DNA of 58,277 nt from a virus. The DNA is taken from the IMG/VR virus record IMGVR_UViG_3300045988_058281, positions 1 through 58,277 of that record; one strand, given 5' to 3'. Shown in pieces: positions 7,338 to 16,203 of the stretch. The position numbers were made by a program, and so were the translations under genes. The notes beneath the pieces were generated by a model. It was not told the origin of the DNA. It searched no databases and saw only the letters and a program-made list of their open reading frames with translations. The first letter of the stretch is position 1. Each line of letters begins with the position of its first letter.

Positions 7338-8981
7338 GTGGAAATTCGAGAGTTAGTAGTGAGGGCATTTCAGAGAGATTTGTCCGACCCGTCTGCGCTA
7401 TCTGATGCGTTTGATTCAATTAGGCTGTTGGAGCCGGAAGATTTTTCGCTGGCACACGAGCGGAACAAGGAGGTGCGGCGGCTGTCTGCAAAATTCGCCG
7501 CAGAACAAAAAAGCCTCCGCATGTTCGAGCTAAACAAGCGGAGTCTGCTGTTTGATGCCCCGTATGATTTTGACTGTTTTCTTCGTTATATTGAGTGGAA
7601 TAGGCCAAATGACAAGCGGTTTTATTTGCCACGCAGAAAGGTTCTTCTCTCCATCGTAAATGCGTTTCAGCAAGTAGCGGATGGAGCGTTAGACTTGCTG
7701 ACAGTCAGCCAGCCTAAGAGAACTGGTAAGACCACGCTCGGATTGATGTTTGTTTTGTTCCGCGCAGGACAACATCCTGGAGGTTCTTCTATCTGTTCCG
7801 GTGCGGGCAATGATCTGGTAAAATCGTTTTACACTGGATGCCTGGATATTCTGCAAAAGCCGGAGGAGTATCTGTACTACGATGTGTTCCCGAAAGCGAG
7901 GCTTGCGGCTACCAACGCGGACGAAAAGACCATCCACCTCGAAAAGAAAAAGCGGTTTGCCACAATCACTTGCCGGAGTATCGACGGTGCTCTAACCGGT
8001 TCTACAGAGTCTACACCAGAAGGTGTAATGTACCTGGATGACCTTGTGTCTGACGAGCTGGAGGCGAACAACAGAAACCGCCTTGACACTTTGTGGGATA
8101 AAGTGCGCGGCGATTTGCTGGGCCGTCGTTTGGAAGGGTGCCCGATTGTAGCGCAGGGCACACGGTACAGTCTGTATGACCCCTTGGGCCGCTTACAGGA
8201 AATTGCACCTACAATGGGGTGGCGCACAAAGGTTGTTGAAATTCCGGCTCTTGACCCAGTTACCGATGAAAGCAATTTTGAGATTATCTTGAATGGGAAA
8301 CCAGCGTTTACGACGGAATATTACCGGCATGAGCGTGAACTGGTGACACCTGTTCAGTGGGCCAGTCAGTTTCAACAGGAGCCGTTTGAGGCAAAAGGCC
8401 TGCTATTCCCGGAAAATGAACTGAACAGATATTTTGAGTTGCCGGTAGATCAAGAGCCGGATGCCATTATCTCTGTATGCGATACGGCTGAAGGAGGCGG
8501 AGATAGCGTTATGATGCCGATTGCGTACATCTACGGTGAAGATGTATTTATTGAAGATTGTGTGTTTGACAACAGCACCCCGGAAGTCACAAAGCCACAG
8601 TGTGCTAAGAAGCTGGTAGAGCACAAGGTTTCGGTTGCCACCTTTGAGAGCAACAACGCAGGAACTTACTTTGCCCGTGACGTTGAAGAACTGGTCAAAA
8701 AAGTGGGCGGTCGAGTGAGCATAAGAACACGGCGTACTATCAGCAACAAACAGACACGCATTGAAATGGCCTCTGACGGAATTTTGAAGCACTTCTACTT
8801 CAAGGATAAGTCTCTATATAAACCGTCCGATCAATACGGACAGATGATGCGTGAGCTGGTGACATATACGAGAACAGGCAAGGTAAAACACGACGACAGC
8901 CCTGACGGATTAAGCCTTCTTGAAAATGAAATTCGCAACTTAACTTGGGGGAAAGCAGAAGTGTTTAAGCGTCCGTTTTAA
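7338..8981 (+). CDS. terL: terminase large subunit
   Basis: GTG at 7338 lies 10 nt after GGAGG. The track start at 7263 lies inside the motif and was rejected. Walker A is PKRTGKTT. The C-terminal nuclease region has KHDDSPD. Confidence 0.9.
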   Translation: MEIRELVVRAFQRDLSDPSALSDAFDSIRLLEPEDFSLAHERNKEVRRLSAKFAAEQKSLRMFELNKRSLLFDAPYDFDCFLRYIEWNRPNDKRFYLPRRKVLLSIVNAFQQVADGALDLLTVSQPKRTGKTTLGLMFVLFRAGQHPGGSSICSGAGNDLVKSFYTGCLDILQKPEEYLYYDVFPKARLAATNADEKTIHLEKKKRFATITCRSIDGALTGSTESTPEGVMYLDDLVSDELEANNRNRLDTLWDKVRGDLLGRRLEGCPIVAQGTRYSLYDPLGRLQEIAPTMGWRTKVVEIPALDPVTDESNFEIILNGKPAFTTEYYRHERELVTPVQWASQFQQEPFEAKGLLFPENELNRYFELPVDQEPDAIISVCDTAEGGGDSVMMPIAYIYGEDVFIEDCVFDNSTPEVTKPQCAKKLVEHKVSVATFESNNAGTYFARDVEELVKKVGGRVSIRTRRTISNKQTRIEMASDGILKHFYFKDKSLYKPSDQYGQMMRELVTYTRTGKVKHDDSPDGLSLLENEIRNLTWGKAEVFKRPF

Positions 8982-9061
8982 CATCACATACAATCCATAA
9001 TAAATATATAAATATTTGTAATACGAGAGGAATGTGGTACAATATATGTGAGGTGAGTGCA

Positions 9062-9865
9062 GTGGAAAAGAACAACGACAAAAAATGGATTGGTCAAAAA
9101 TTTGGGAGATTGACTGTCATCGGATTTGAGAAGAAAAAGGAGCCAAGTAGAGGATGGAATTGGGTGTGCAAGTGCGACTGTGGAAATAAAAAGGTAGTAT
9201 CGCCGCAAGATGTAAAATTAGGAAAAACAAAGTCGTGTGGGTGTTATCACGACGAGGTGTGTAAATCCCGTGCAACCAAATATAATCATTTAGTTAAAGA
9301 TTATCCAAGATTACATAGGATATATCACTGGATGAAACGAAGATGCTATGATCCTAAAACACCAAGATACGAAGATTATGGTGGGAGAGGGATTTCAGTT
9401 TCAAGAGAATGGATGGATAAAGCGCATGGATTTGATAATTTTGCGCAATGGTCAATAGATAATGGGTATTCAGATCAACTCACGCTTGATAGGATAGACG
9501 TAAACGGGGATTATTGCCCAGAAAATTGCAGGTGGATAACATATAAAGAACAGAACGGAAATAAGAGAGATACAAAATGGGTTGTTTATCAAGGAGAAAA
9601 AATTCAACTTAAAAAACTATGCGAGAAAATGGGCGTTTGCTATGACACTGTTCATAATCGCATATATTCTTTGGGGTGGGATGTCGAACGTGCTATTATG
9701 GAGCCATCACAACAAGAAAATTCTCTCAGGAAAAAATGCAAAGAAAAGGGTATGAATTATGGGACGGTAAGAAGCCGAATAAAGCAATTCGGATGGTCAG
9801 AAGAACGCGCACTAAACACACCATCTGTTGGACGTGGGGCAAGCAAAAAGACATATACGAAATGA
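9062..9865 (+). CDS. free-standing HNH-type homing endonuclease with tandem C-terminal HTH modules
   Basis: GRLTVIG...CKCDCGNKKVV...SCGC zinc module, YGGRGISV...LTLDRIDVNGDYCPENCRW HNH-like core, and two repeats of G..Y.TV..RI...GW..ERA. AT-rich. An alternative ATG lies at 9032. Confidence 0.75.
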   Translation: MEKNNDKKWIGQKFGRLTVIGFEKKKEPSRGWNWVCKCDCGNKKVVSPQDVKLGKTKSCGCYHDEVCKSRATKYNHLVKDYPRLHRIYHWMKRRCYDPKTPRYEDYGGRGISVSREWMDKAHGFDNFAQWSIDNGYSDQLTLDRIDVNGDYCPENCRWITYKEQNGNKRDTKWVVYQGEKIQLKKLCEKMGVCYDTVHNRIYSLGWDVERAIMEPSQQENSLRKKCKEKGMNYGTVRSRIKQFGWSEERALNTPSVGRGASKKTYTK

Positions 9866-9866
9866 C

Positions 9867-9950
9867 GCTTTTGATACTTGGGCAATGTTTGCTGAGTATG
9901 CCCAACAACTTGAAGGAAACAAGGTGGAGGTATTCCGGCGTCCGTTTTAA
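9867..9950 (+). pseudogene. orphan duplicate of the terL 3' end
   Basis: Encodes AFDTWAMFAEYAQQLEGNKVEVFRRPF*, compared with the terL end DGLSLLENEIRNLTWGKAEVFKRPF*. The last 13 nt, GCGTCCGTTTTAA, are identical. Confidence 0.6.
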
Positions 9951-9975
9951 AATACAAAATATTGCGCATAAACTA

Positions 9976-10004
9976 TTGATAAGCACTATATATTGTGATA
10001 TAAT
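9976..10004 (+). promoter_or_regulatory. near-consensus extended -10 sigma-A promoter of the large RNA
   Basis: TTGATA (9976..9981), 17-nt spacer, TGaTATAAT (9996..10004). Confidence 0.7.
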
Positions 10005-10010
10005 AAAACT

Positions 10011-10750
10011 GGTAGGTAGATTCCTACCACCTGTCCACCATCTTTTTTCTCACCTCCTTCACACGGATGGGGTGGCGGCGATAGTGTCGCTGCCCCTACT
10101 GTGTGAAATATATGCCGCACGAGTGAATCAGCCCAAGAATCCGGGCCGGAGGGTCGCCCCCTCCATGCGGCAAAGTAAGCTGTCTCAAAGTACACGAGGC
10201 TGACTGTGGAAAGACACTATACCGGAGGCTTACAGTGCCTAATTATGCACCGGAGAAGGGTAAAGGGCACCCGCCTGTCATGGAGGCGGAAGCGGTGGCA
10301 CTATGACGGCCACTGAGTGTGCCGACACTTGTAAAGCGGCTGCGCCCGGCGGAGCGTGTAGAGACGGAATCCGCCAACATGCAGGGGCCAGAAGCAGGGT
10401 AGCTCCCAGGCTGTGCAACTCAGTCCACCTGCTATATTGGGTCGCTCCCATCCGTGGAAGCCGGACGCTTGTGTAGGGCGATAGCTACCAGCGCTATCCT
10501 GCTGAAAACTGCCGTGTTTGCCTGTGCACGGGCCTCCCAATACGGTGTGACAATCTAAGCGGGAAGCGCATATATGCCTCTCCTCGCCGCATGAGGCGGG
10601 CGGTGGCACCATTGAGCGGTGGCGGAATAAGGTAGACGCTGACTGGTAGGGGGATACACTCGGTGGAAGTCCGGGGGGCCTGGTGGTTAGGTAAACACGC
10701 CCTATGGAACCACGCTGTGAGGTGCAAATCCTCACCCGCTCAAACAATAT
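10011..10750 (+). ncRNA. large structured noncoding RNA (class unassigned; ROOL/GOLLD-like context)
   Basis: No plus-strand ORF of 60 aa or more. Dense GC-rich helices, for example 10011..10028, 10074..10094, 10113..10119/10166..10172, 10148..10164, 10271..10289, 10717..10735. Directly followed by tRNAs. Confidence 0.6.
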
Positions 10751-10824
10751 ACGGGTGTAGCTCAATGGAGAGCGTCGGATTCCAAATCCGGAGGTTGGGG
10801 GAACAGAGCCTTCCACCCGTGCCA
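10751..10824 (+). tRNA. tRNA-like element, anticodon CCA (Trp), non-canonical T-loop
   Basis: Acceptor ACGGGTG/CACCCGT plus GCCA, D arm GCTC/GAGC, anticodon loop TTCCAAA. The T arm GGGGG-AACAGAG-CCTTC lacks TTC. Confidence 0.5.
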
Positions 10825-10910
10825 GGGCGCAAGTCCTGACAGAGTTTCTTGGCGAAAGGCAAGTGAGCAAAGCCGAAAAACTCACAACATACCCCGAAAG
10901 GGGTATATCT

Positions 10911-10984
10911 GGACCATTGGCCCGATGGTCGGGCGGGCCCCTCATAAGGGCTTGGTCTTGGTTCGATTCCAAGATGGTCCACCA
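10911..10984 (+). tRNA. tRNA-Met (anticodon CAT; could be Ile2 if lysidinylated), CCA encoded
   Basis: Full cloverleaf: GGACCAT/ATGGTCC acceptor, GCCC/GGGC D stem, CTCATAA loop, CTTGG-TTCGATT-CCAAG T arm. Confidence 0.85.
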
Positions 10985-11010
10985 GAATTAGAAAGGAGTC
11001 GCCCAACTGA

Positions 11011-11178
11011 ATGAAGATTGACATTTATTGTCCGGTCTGTGCCGCTGCTGGCATCAATCATGGAAAAGGGCGGCTTTTGATGCAGGTGGATAGCAAGGCA
11101 GTTGGTGTTGTTTACCCATACTGTAAGGCTTGCAAGAAGAACATCAAAATCGAATTGAAAGGCGAAAAGAGCGCCTGA
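11011..11178 (+). CDS. 55-aa zinc-ribbon protein (2x CxxC; Com-like topology)
   Basis: MKIDIYCPVCAAAG...YPYCKACKKNIKIEL. AAAGGAG RBS. Below the ORF-track size cut-off. Sits immediately upstream of motif pair B. Confidence 0.6.
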   Translation: MKIDIYCPVCAAAGINHGKGRLLMQVDSKAVGVVYPYCKACKKNIKIELKGEKSA

Positions 11179-11191
11179 AAATATATAGTTT

Positions 11192-11239
11192 AGTGCCAAG
11201 TGCCTCCGGGCAATGCCTGGACGAAGCGTGCCAAGTGCC
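11192..11239 (+). promoter_or_regulatory. AGTGCCAAGTGCC motif pair B (portal leader)
   Basis: AGTGCCAAGTGCC at 11192..11204 and CGTGCCAAGTGCC at 11227..11239. Confidence 0.75.
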
Positions 11240-11286
11240 GATCAGTTACCGAGAAATCCTCGGTAGTTGGTCGGCATTTTTGTTTG
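11236..11286 (+). terminator. strong intrinsic terminator immediately upstream of the portal RBS
   Basis: 18-bp stem (11236..11253 / 11259..11276, several G-U pairs), loop AAATC, then TTTTTGTTTG. The 5' arm starts inside the motif. Confidence 0.8.
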
Positions 11287-11301
11287 TCTGGAGGTGACAA
11301 G

Positions 11302-12792
11302 GTGACTGAAAACGATACTGTTCGAGCTATATCTGAGTGGCCGGTTGATGGGCTGACCGGTCGGCGTAAAATCTACACCACAAAAAAGCGAGTCACCCCG
11401 GAAAACGTGGTGGAGGTGCTGGGCAAGGCACTGGCCGTGCATCGCATCAACAGGGCGGAAATGTCCTATTTGTATGACTATTACAGAGGCAAACAGGACA
11501 TCCGGTTGAAAGATAAAATCGTCCGCCCGGAGATCAACAACAAGGTGATGATTAACCGGGCGAACGAAATCGTGGTCTTCAAGTCTGCTTACCTCCTGGA
11601 TGGCCCAATCCGCTATGTGTCCAACGGTGGAGAAGATGATATTTCCGCCAGTGTGAACACGCTCAACGAGTACATGCGATCTGAGAGTAAAGACACTCTC
11701 GACAAGGAGCTGGCCGACTGGATGCACATCTGCGGTGTAGCGGTTCGTATGGTACTTCCCGATGAGGCTGGGGAGGAAGATGGCTCTCCCGCCTCTATCT
11801 ACACCCTTGACCCGAGGGCGGCGTTTTGCATCTACCACAGTGGCGTAGGGCAGAAAAAGGTCGCTGGTGTTCTGGAACAGGTAGACGAGGAGGGCAAGCC
11901 CTACTTCTGCGTGTACACCCCCGAATGGTATTTTGAGGTGCAGAACGGCCAGATCACTAAGCAGGAAGCCCGTACCATCCCCTACATCCCCATTGTAGAG
12001 TATGTGAATAACGACGCCCGCATGGGTGCGTTTGAGCCAGTTATCCCCATTCTGAACGCGATCAATATGATTGAGTCCAATAGGTTGGACAGTATTCAGG
12101 ATTTTGTCAACGCATATGATGTGTTCCAAAACTGCGAACTAGAAGATGGCAAATACAAAGAACTGGCAAAGGGCGGCATGGCGATAAAAATAAGGAGTTT
12201 TGACCAGACCAAAGACGCCAAGGTCTACCGCATTGCTTCTGAACTGAACCAGACCAACACGCAGACCATTGTGGACGATCTGGAAGACGCATACCTGACG
12301 ATTTGTGGGATGCCGAACCGGAACGGCGGTTCCTCTACAAGCGACACCGGGCAGGCGGTCATTTACCGGGATGGTTGGTCTGCCGCAGAGAGCCGGGCAA
12401 AGGACACGGAAAAGACCTGGGAGCGGTCGGAGCGGGAGTTCCTGCGGCTGGTTCTGTATATCTGCCGTGAGACTGGCGTTTTGGGTTTGCAGTTGGCCGA
12501 CATCAAGCCGGAGTTTACCCGCAAGAACCTGTCCAACATCCAGTCCAAGGCCCAAGTGCTGGCGGAAATGCTGAACAACAGCAAGATTCATCCGAAGTTG
12601 GCGTTCCAGTACAGCGGGCTATTCAGCGACCCAGAGGACGCATACAGGATCAGCATGGAATATGCAGAAGAACAGCAACGCAAAATGGAGCGGAGTTTGA
12701 GGGATGAACTGAATGCCAACAGAAACGAATCCGTACAGACTGGCGGACAAAGCAATAGACCTCCTGAACAGCCGAGCAGTCAAGCGGTTTGA
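11302..12792 (+). CDS. portal protein (SPP1 gp6-like)
   Basis: GTG at 11302 follows GGAGGTG. YLYDYYRGKQDI...INNKVMINRANEIV motifs. Confidence 0.9.
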   Translation: MTENDTVRAISEWPVDGLTGRRKIYTTKKRVTPENVVEVLGKALAVHRINRAEMSYLYDYYRGKQDIRLKDKIVRPEINNKVMINRANEIVVFKSAYLLDGPIRYVSNGGEDDISASVNTLNEYMRSESKDTLDKELADWMHICGVAVRMVLPDEAGEEDGSPASIYTLDPRAAFCIYHSGVGQKKVAGVLEQVDEEGKPYFCVYTPEWYFEVQNGQITKQEARTIPYIPIVEYVNNDARMGAFEPVIPILNAINMIESNRLDSIQDFVNAYDVFQNCELEDGKYKELAKGGMAIKIRSFDQTKDAKVYRIASELNQTNTQTIVDDLEDAYLTICGMPNRNGGSSTSDTGQAVIYRDGWSAAESRAKDTEKTWERSEREFLRLVLYICRETGVLGLQLADIKPEFTRKNLSNIQSKAQVLAEMLNNSKIHPKLAFQYSGLFSDPEDAYRISMEYAEEQQRKMERSLRDELNANRNESVQTGGQSNRPPEQPSSQAV

Positions 12793-13333
12793 GGACGCAA
12801 AAGATGAAGCGGCGCAGAAGGGCTTTGACGAGCTCAATGTGCTGGAAGTCACCCGGACGCTATATGACCAGCTGCGCAAGGACAACCAAGATGTCTTTCT
12901 TGAACTGGCGCAAGAGCGGTATCAGGAAGCCGAACCGCACGGAGAGAAACCGCCTGATTTAGCCTGGCTGCTGGCTCTGCTGGCGGCGTACAACGCTGTG
13001 ACGAAATACCAGTATTCCCATGAATGGGAGCGAAAGCGTGACCGGACAGCGGAGGCTATTAACTCTACTACCGCAAAAGTTACAGAGTTCCGACGGGGCC
13101 TTTCATATTGGGCGCAGATGACGGAATGGTATGCGGTGGAAGTAACAGACCAGTCCACACTGAAAGCATTTCAAGACAGCGGTGTGCGCTATGTAAAATG
13201 GAACACTATGAATGATGGACGGGAGTGTTCCACTTGTAAGGAGCGAGACGGGAAGATTTATCCCATTCGCAGTATTCCACCCAAGCCCCATCCCGGTTGT
13301 CGGTGCTGGTATACACCGACGGAGAAAAAGTGA
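12713..13333 (+). CDS. head morphogenesis protein (SPP1 gp7 / Mu F-like)
   Basis: C-terminal VKWNTMNDGRECSTCKERDGKIY...HPGCRCW motif. Overlaps the portal 3' end by 80 nt. Confidence 0.8.
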   Translation: MPTETNPYRLADKAIDLLNSRAVKRFEDAKDEAAQKGFDELNVLEVTRTLYDQLRKDNQDVFLELAQERYQEAEPHGEKPPDLAWLLALLAAYNAVTKYQYSHEWERKRDRTAEAINSTTAKVTEFRRGLSYWAQMTEWYAVEVTDQSTLKAFQDSGVRYVKWNTMNDGRECSTCKERDGKIYPIRSIPPKPHPGCRCWYTPTEKK

Positions 13334-13426
13334 ATAAACGGGCGGCTATCCCGACGGGGAGAAAAGTGGAGTGCCTTGCCACCTGCCGCCTGTTCATTCA
13401 ACAAGGCTGACTATTGGAGGCGATAG

Positions 13427-14035
13427 TTGATGGAAGAAATTTGGAAAGATATTGACGGGTTTGAAGGGCTTTATCAGGTAAGTAATTTTGGAAATGTTAT
13501 GAGTCTTAATTATGGTAATAGAGGATATGCAAAAAAACTAACTCCGAAATGTAACAATAGCGGAAGGCTTTGGGTTGAATTACTGAAGGGCGGAAAAAGA
13601 AAGTGCATGTTAGTTCACCGGCTTGTTGCGCTTGCTTTTATACCGAATCCGAACAATTTCCCGCAAATAAACCACAAAGATGAAAATCCCAAAAATAATT
13701 TTGCTTTTAATTTGGAATGGTGTACTCAATCTTATAATAATCACTACTCTATTGAACGGCATCCGGAATATTCAATACATTTGAGGAGGAAAAAGAGGGC
13801 GCCAACAGGAGCGGAGTGGCACCGCATCCACGATGGAGAAAACCGAAACAATAGAAAGCCATCTAAATTGTCGTTCCCAGTATTGCAATATGATAAAGCA
13901 GGAAAGTTACTAAAAAAGTGGGAAACGCTATATTCCGCTTACAAGGAAAATAATTGGAATGCGTCTTCCATCAAAGAATGCTGTGAAATGAAGAGAAAAA
14001 CGGCATATGGTTTTATCTGGCGATACGTCAGTTAA
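13427..14035 (+). CDS. HNH homing endonuclease (NUMOD4 + HNH_3-like)
   Basis: WKDIDGFEGLYQVSNFGNV, then VHRLVALAFIPNPNNFPQINHKDENPKNN...LEW. AT-rich insert between head genes. Confidence 0.85.
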   Translation: MMEEIWKDIDGFEGLYQVSNFGNVMSLNYGNRGYAKKLTPKCNNSGRLWVELLKGGKRKCMLVHRLVALAFIPNPNNFPQINHKDENPKNNFAFNLEWCTQSYNNHYSIERHPEYSIHLRRKKRAPTGAEWHRIHDGENRNNRKPSKLSFPVLQYDKAGKLLKKWETLYSAYKENNWNASSIKECCEMKRKTAYGFIWRYVS

Positions 14036-14150
14036 ATATGAGGGGAAGAGAATCCGCTCATTAAAGAAATCTCGCAAGCTCACAGAGAAGTGAGAATAAT
14101 CAAACGCAAGAATAAGACGGAGATGTCTATAAGCGCAAAGGAGAGTTTAT

Positions 14151-14723
14151 ATGCCTACCATTGACACCAGTACGATTGAGGGTTTTGAGGGGATGAGCGC
14201 AGAGCAGAAGGTTGAGGCACTGCTGAAAGCGGAAATCCCTGAAAAGGTGGATTTGTCCCTGTATGTGTCCAAAGACACCGCAGACAAGTATGCGACAGAG
14301 GCGGCGGAACTGAAAAAGCAGCTCAAGTCCAGGATGACGGATGACGAGGCGGCCAAGGCCCAAGCCGATGCAGACCGCAAGGCGCTGGAGGACAAGTACA
14401 CCGAACTGCTGCGGAAGTCCACCATTGCCGAGCACACGGCCCGTTATATCGCCATGCCGGGCTATGACGAGAAGCTGGCCCGTGAGACAGCAGAGGCGTT
14501 GTTTGACGGAAAGATGGATGTGGTCTTTGCCAACCAGCAGAAAGCCAACGCTGCCTATGAGAAGAAGCTGCGGGCTGATCTGGTGAAACAGGACCCCAAG
14601 CCTGACGGTGCTGGTGGTGGAACCGAAGAGAAGGACGAGGCTGTTGAATTTGCCAAGAAGCTGGGAAAACAGCGGGCCGATGCCCTCAAAAACGCAAACG
14701 AAGGTTTGAAACACTATTTTTGA
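14151..14723 (+). CDS. scaffolding protein
   Basis: 190 aa, acidic, helical/coiled-coil. Lies directly upstream of the capsid genes. Confidence 0.65.
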   Translation: MPTIDTSTIEGFEGMSAEQKVEALLKAEIPEKVDLSLYVSKDTADKYATEAAELKKQLKSRMTDDEAAKAQADADRKALEDKYTELLRKSTIAEHTARYIAMPGYDEKLARETAEALFDGKMDVVFANQQKANAAYEKKLRADLVKQDPKPDGAGGGTEEKDEAVEFAKKLGKQRADALKNANEGLKHYF

Positions 14724-14742
14724 TTGAAAAGGAGAGAAACAG

Positions 14743-15075
14743 ATGAAGTTTACCAAGACTTCTGTTGGCGGCACCATTGAGATTCTGGCCGCTGACGATT
14801 TTGTGGCGATCCCCATTTGTGTCACGGAAGCCGCTGCTGTCCCTGCCGGTATGCCCATGACCGCTGCGGGAAAGAAAGTGGCAACCACCTCTTATGCTAC
14901 CGCTGTTGGTATGCTGCTGTATGATGTGGACCCGACCGAGAACCCCAATGGCGCTTTGCTGGTGCAGGGTGTGGTGGACAAGAAAAAGGTTGAATCTCAT
15001 GCGAGTATTACGCTGGACGCCACTTTCGACGTACCCGGCATTATCCTGCGGGACAACATTGGCGTGAACGAGTAA
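14743..15075 (+). CDS. putative head decoration/cement protein
   Basis: 110 aa between the scaffold and major capsid genes. Call is by position and size only. Confidence 0.4.
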   Translation: MKFTKTSVGGTIEILAADDFVAIPICVTEAAAVPAGMPMTAAGKKVATTSYATAVGMLLYDVDPTENPNGALLVQGVVDKKKVESHASITLDATFDVPGIILRDNIGVNE

Positions 15076-15088
15076 GGAGGGATACATA

Positions 15089-16159
15089 ATGGATTTGAGA
15101 GAAATTTTTACCCCTGCTGCGATTGCGGCAAACTGGACTGAGGTTGCCTCCAACCAGATTCCCTACTTGGGCGCTACGCTGTTCCCCGCCCGCAAGAAGG
15201 CTGGTCTTGACTTGTCCTGGCTGAAAGGCTCCCGTGGGCTGCCTGTCTCTCTGATGCCTTCTGCGTTTGACGCCAAGGCAACCTTCCGTGACCGTATCGG
15301 CTTTGAGAAATTGGAAACTGAAATGCCGTTCTTCCGTGAGGGATACAAGATCAAGGAGAAAGATCGCCAGGAGATGCTGCGGGTGCAGGAGTCTACCGAC
15401 CCCTATGCCGCTGAGGTGATTGCCCGTGTGTTTGACGATACCCGTGACCTGATTGACGGCGCGAACGTTGTTCCTGAGCGCATGATTATGCAGCTGCTGT
15501 TCCCGGAGGGCGGAGATGCGGGCATTGCAATCAAGGCAAACGGGGTGGACTACACCTGCAAGTATGATACGGACGGTTCCTGGAAGACCTCTAACTATAC
15601 CGCTCTGACCAGCACCGCCACCTGGGACAAGCCCTCTACGGCTGATCCATTTGCAGCGTTTAAGATGGTCAAGGATGCAATTCGCTCTAAAACTGGCACT
15701 GAGTTAACAGTTGCCATTATGAACTCCTATACCTTCAATCTTCTGGCAAAGACGGATGCGGTGAAGAACCGTTATCTGACCACCAATGCGATTTCCCTTG
15801 CTTATCTGACTGACACAGAGGTAAAGGCTGTTATCGAGTCTACAGCGGGGCTTCGTATTGCAATTTACGACAAGCAGTTCCGGGACGAGAGTAAAGTTGC
15901 ACATCCGTTTGTGCCCAATGGCTATGTTTGCCTGATTCCAGACGGTGCTCTTGGTAGTACTTGGTATGGCACCACTCCGGAAGAGGCAGATCTGCGCGGG
16001 GCGTCCAGCGCCGAGGTTTCCATCGTGAATACAGGTGTAGCAATTACCCGTATTCTTCAGGAGCATCCTGTAAACATCAACACCTTTGCGTCTGAAATCG
16101 TCCTGCCCTCCTTCGATCGTATGGACGAGGTGGCGGTGATCAACGTCCTGGGGGAATAA
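15089..16159 (+). CDS. major capsid protein (lambda gpE-like family)
   Basis: 356 aa with a TAAGGAGG RBS. The N-terminal FTPAAIAANWTEVASNQIPYLGATLFP pattern is typical of the capsid-E family. Confidence 0.8.
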   Translation: MDLREIFTPAAIAANWTEVASNQIPYLGATLFPARKKAGLDLSWLKGSRGLPVSLMPSAFDAKATFRDRIGFEKLETEMPFFREGYKIKEKDRQEMLRVQESTDPYAAEVIARVFDDTRDLIDGANVVPERMIMQLLFPEGGDAGIAIKANGVDYTCKYDTDGSWKTSNYTALTSTATWDKPSTADPFAAFKMVKDAIRSKTGTELTVAIMNSYTFNLLAKTDAVKNRYLTTNAISLAYLTDTEVKAVIESTAGLRIAIYDKQFRDESKVAHPFVPNGYVCLIPDGALGSTWYGTTPEEADLRGASSAEVSIVNTGVAITRILQEHPVNINTFASEIVLPSFDRMDEVAVINVLGE

Positions 16160-16161
16160 TT

Positions 16162-16201
16162 GGGTCTGACACTCTAACCCTTTTCCCCGGCAGTCAGACC
16201 C
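16162..16201 (+). terminator. stem-loop after the capsid gene (possible attenuator)
   Basis: GGGTCTGAC (16162..16170) pairs with GTCAGACCC (16193..16201). No clear U-tract. Confidence 0.35.
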
Positions 16202-16203
16202 TA

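Noticed and set aside
10301-10972. 223-aa minus-strand ORF across the noncoding region
   Set aside because: It runs antisense through two tRNA cloverleaves and many hairpins. It has odd composition and no RBS. The region is better explained as structured RNA.
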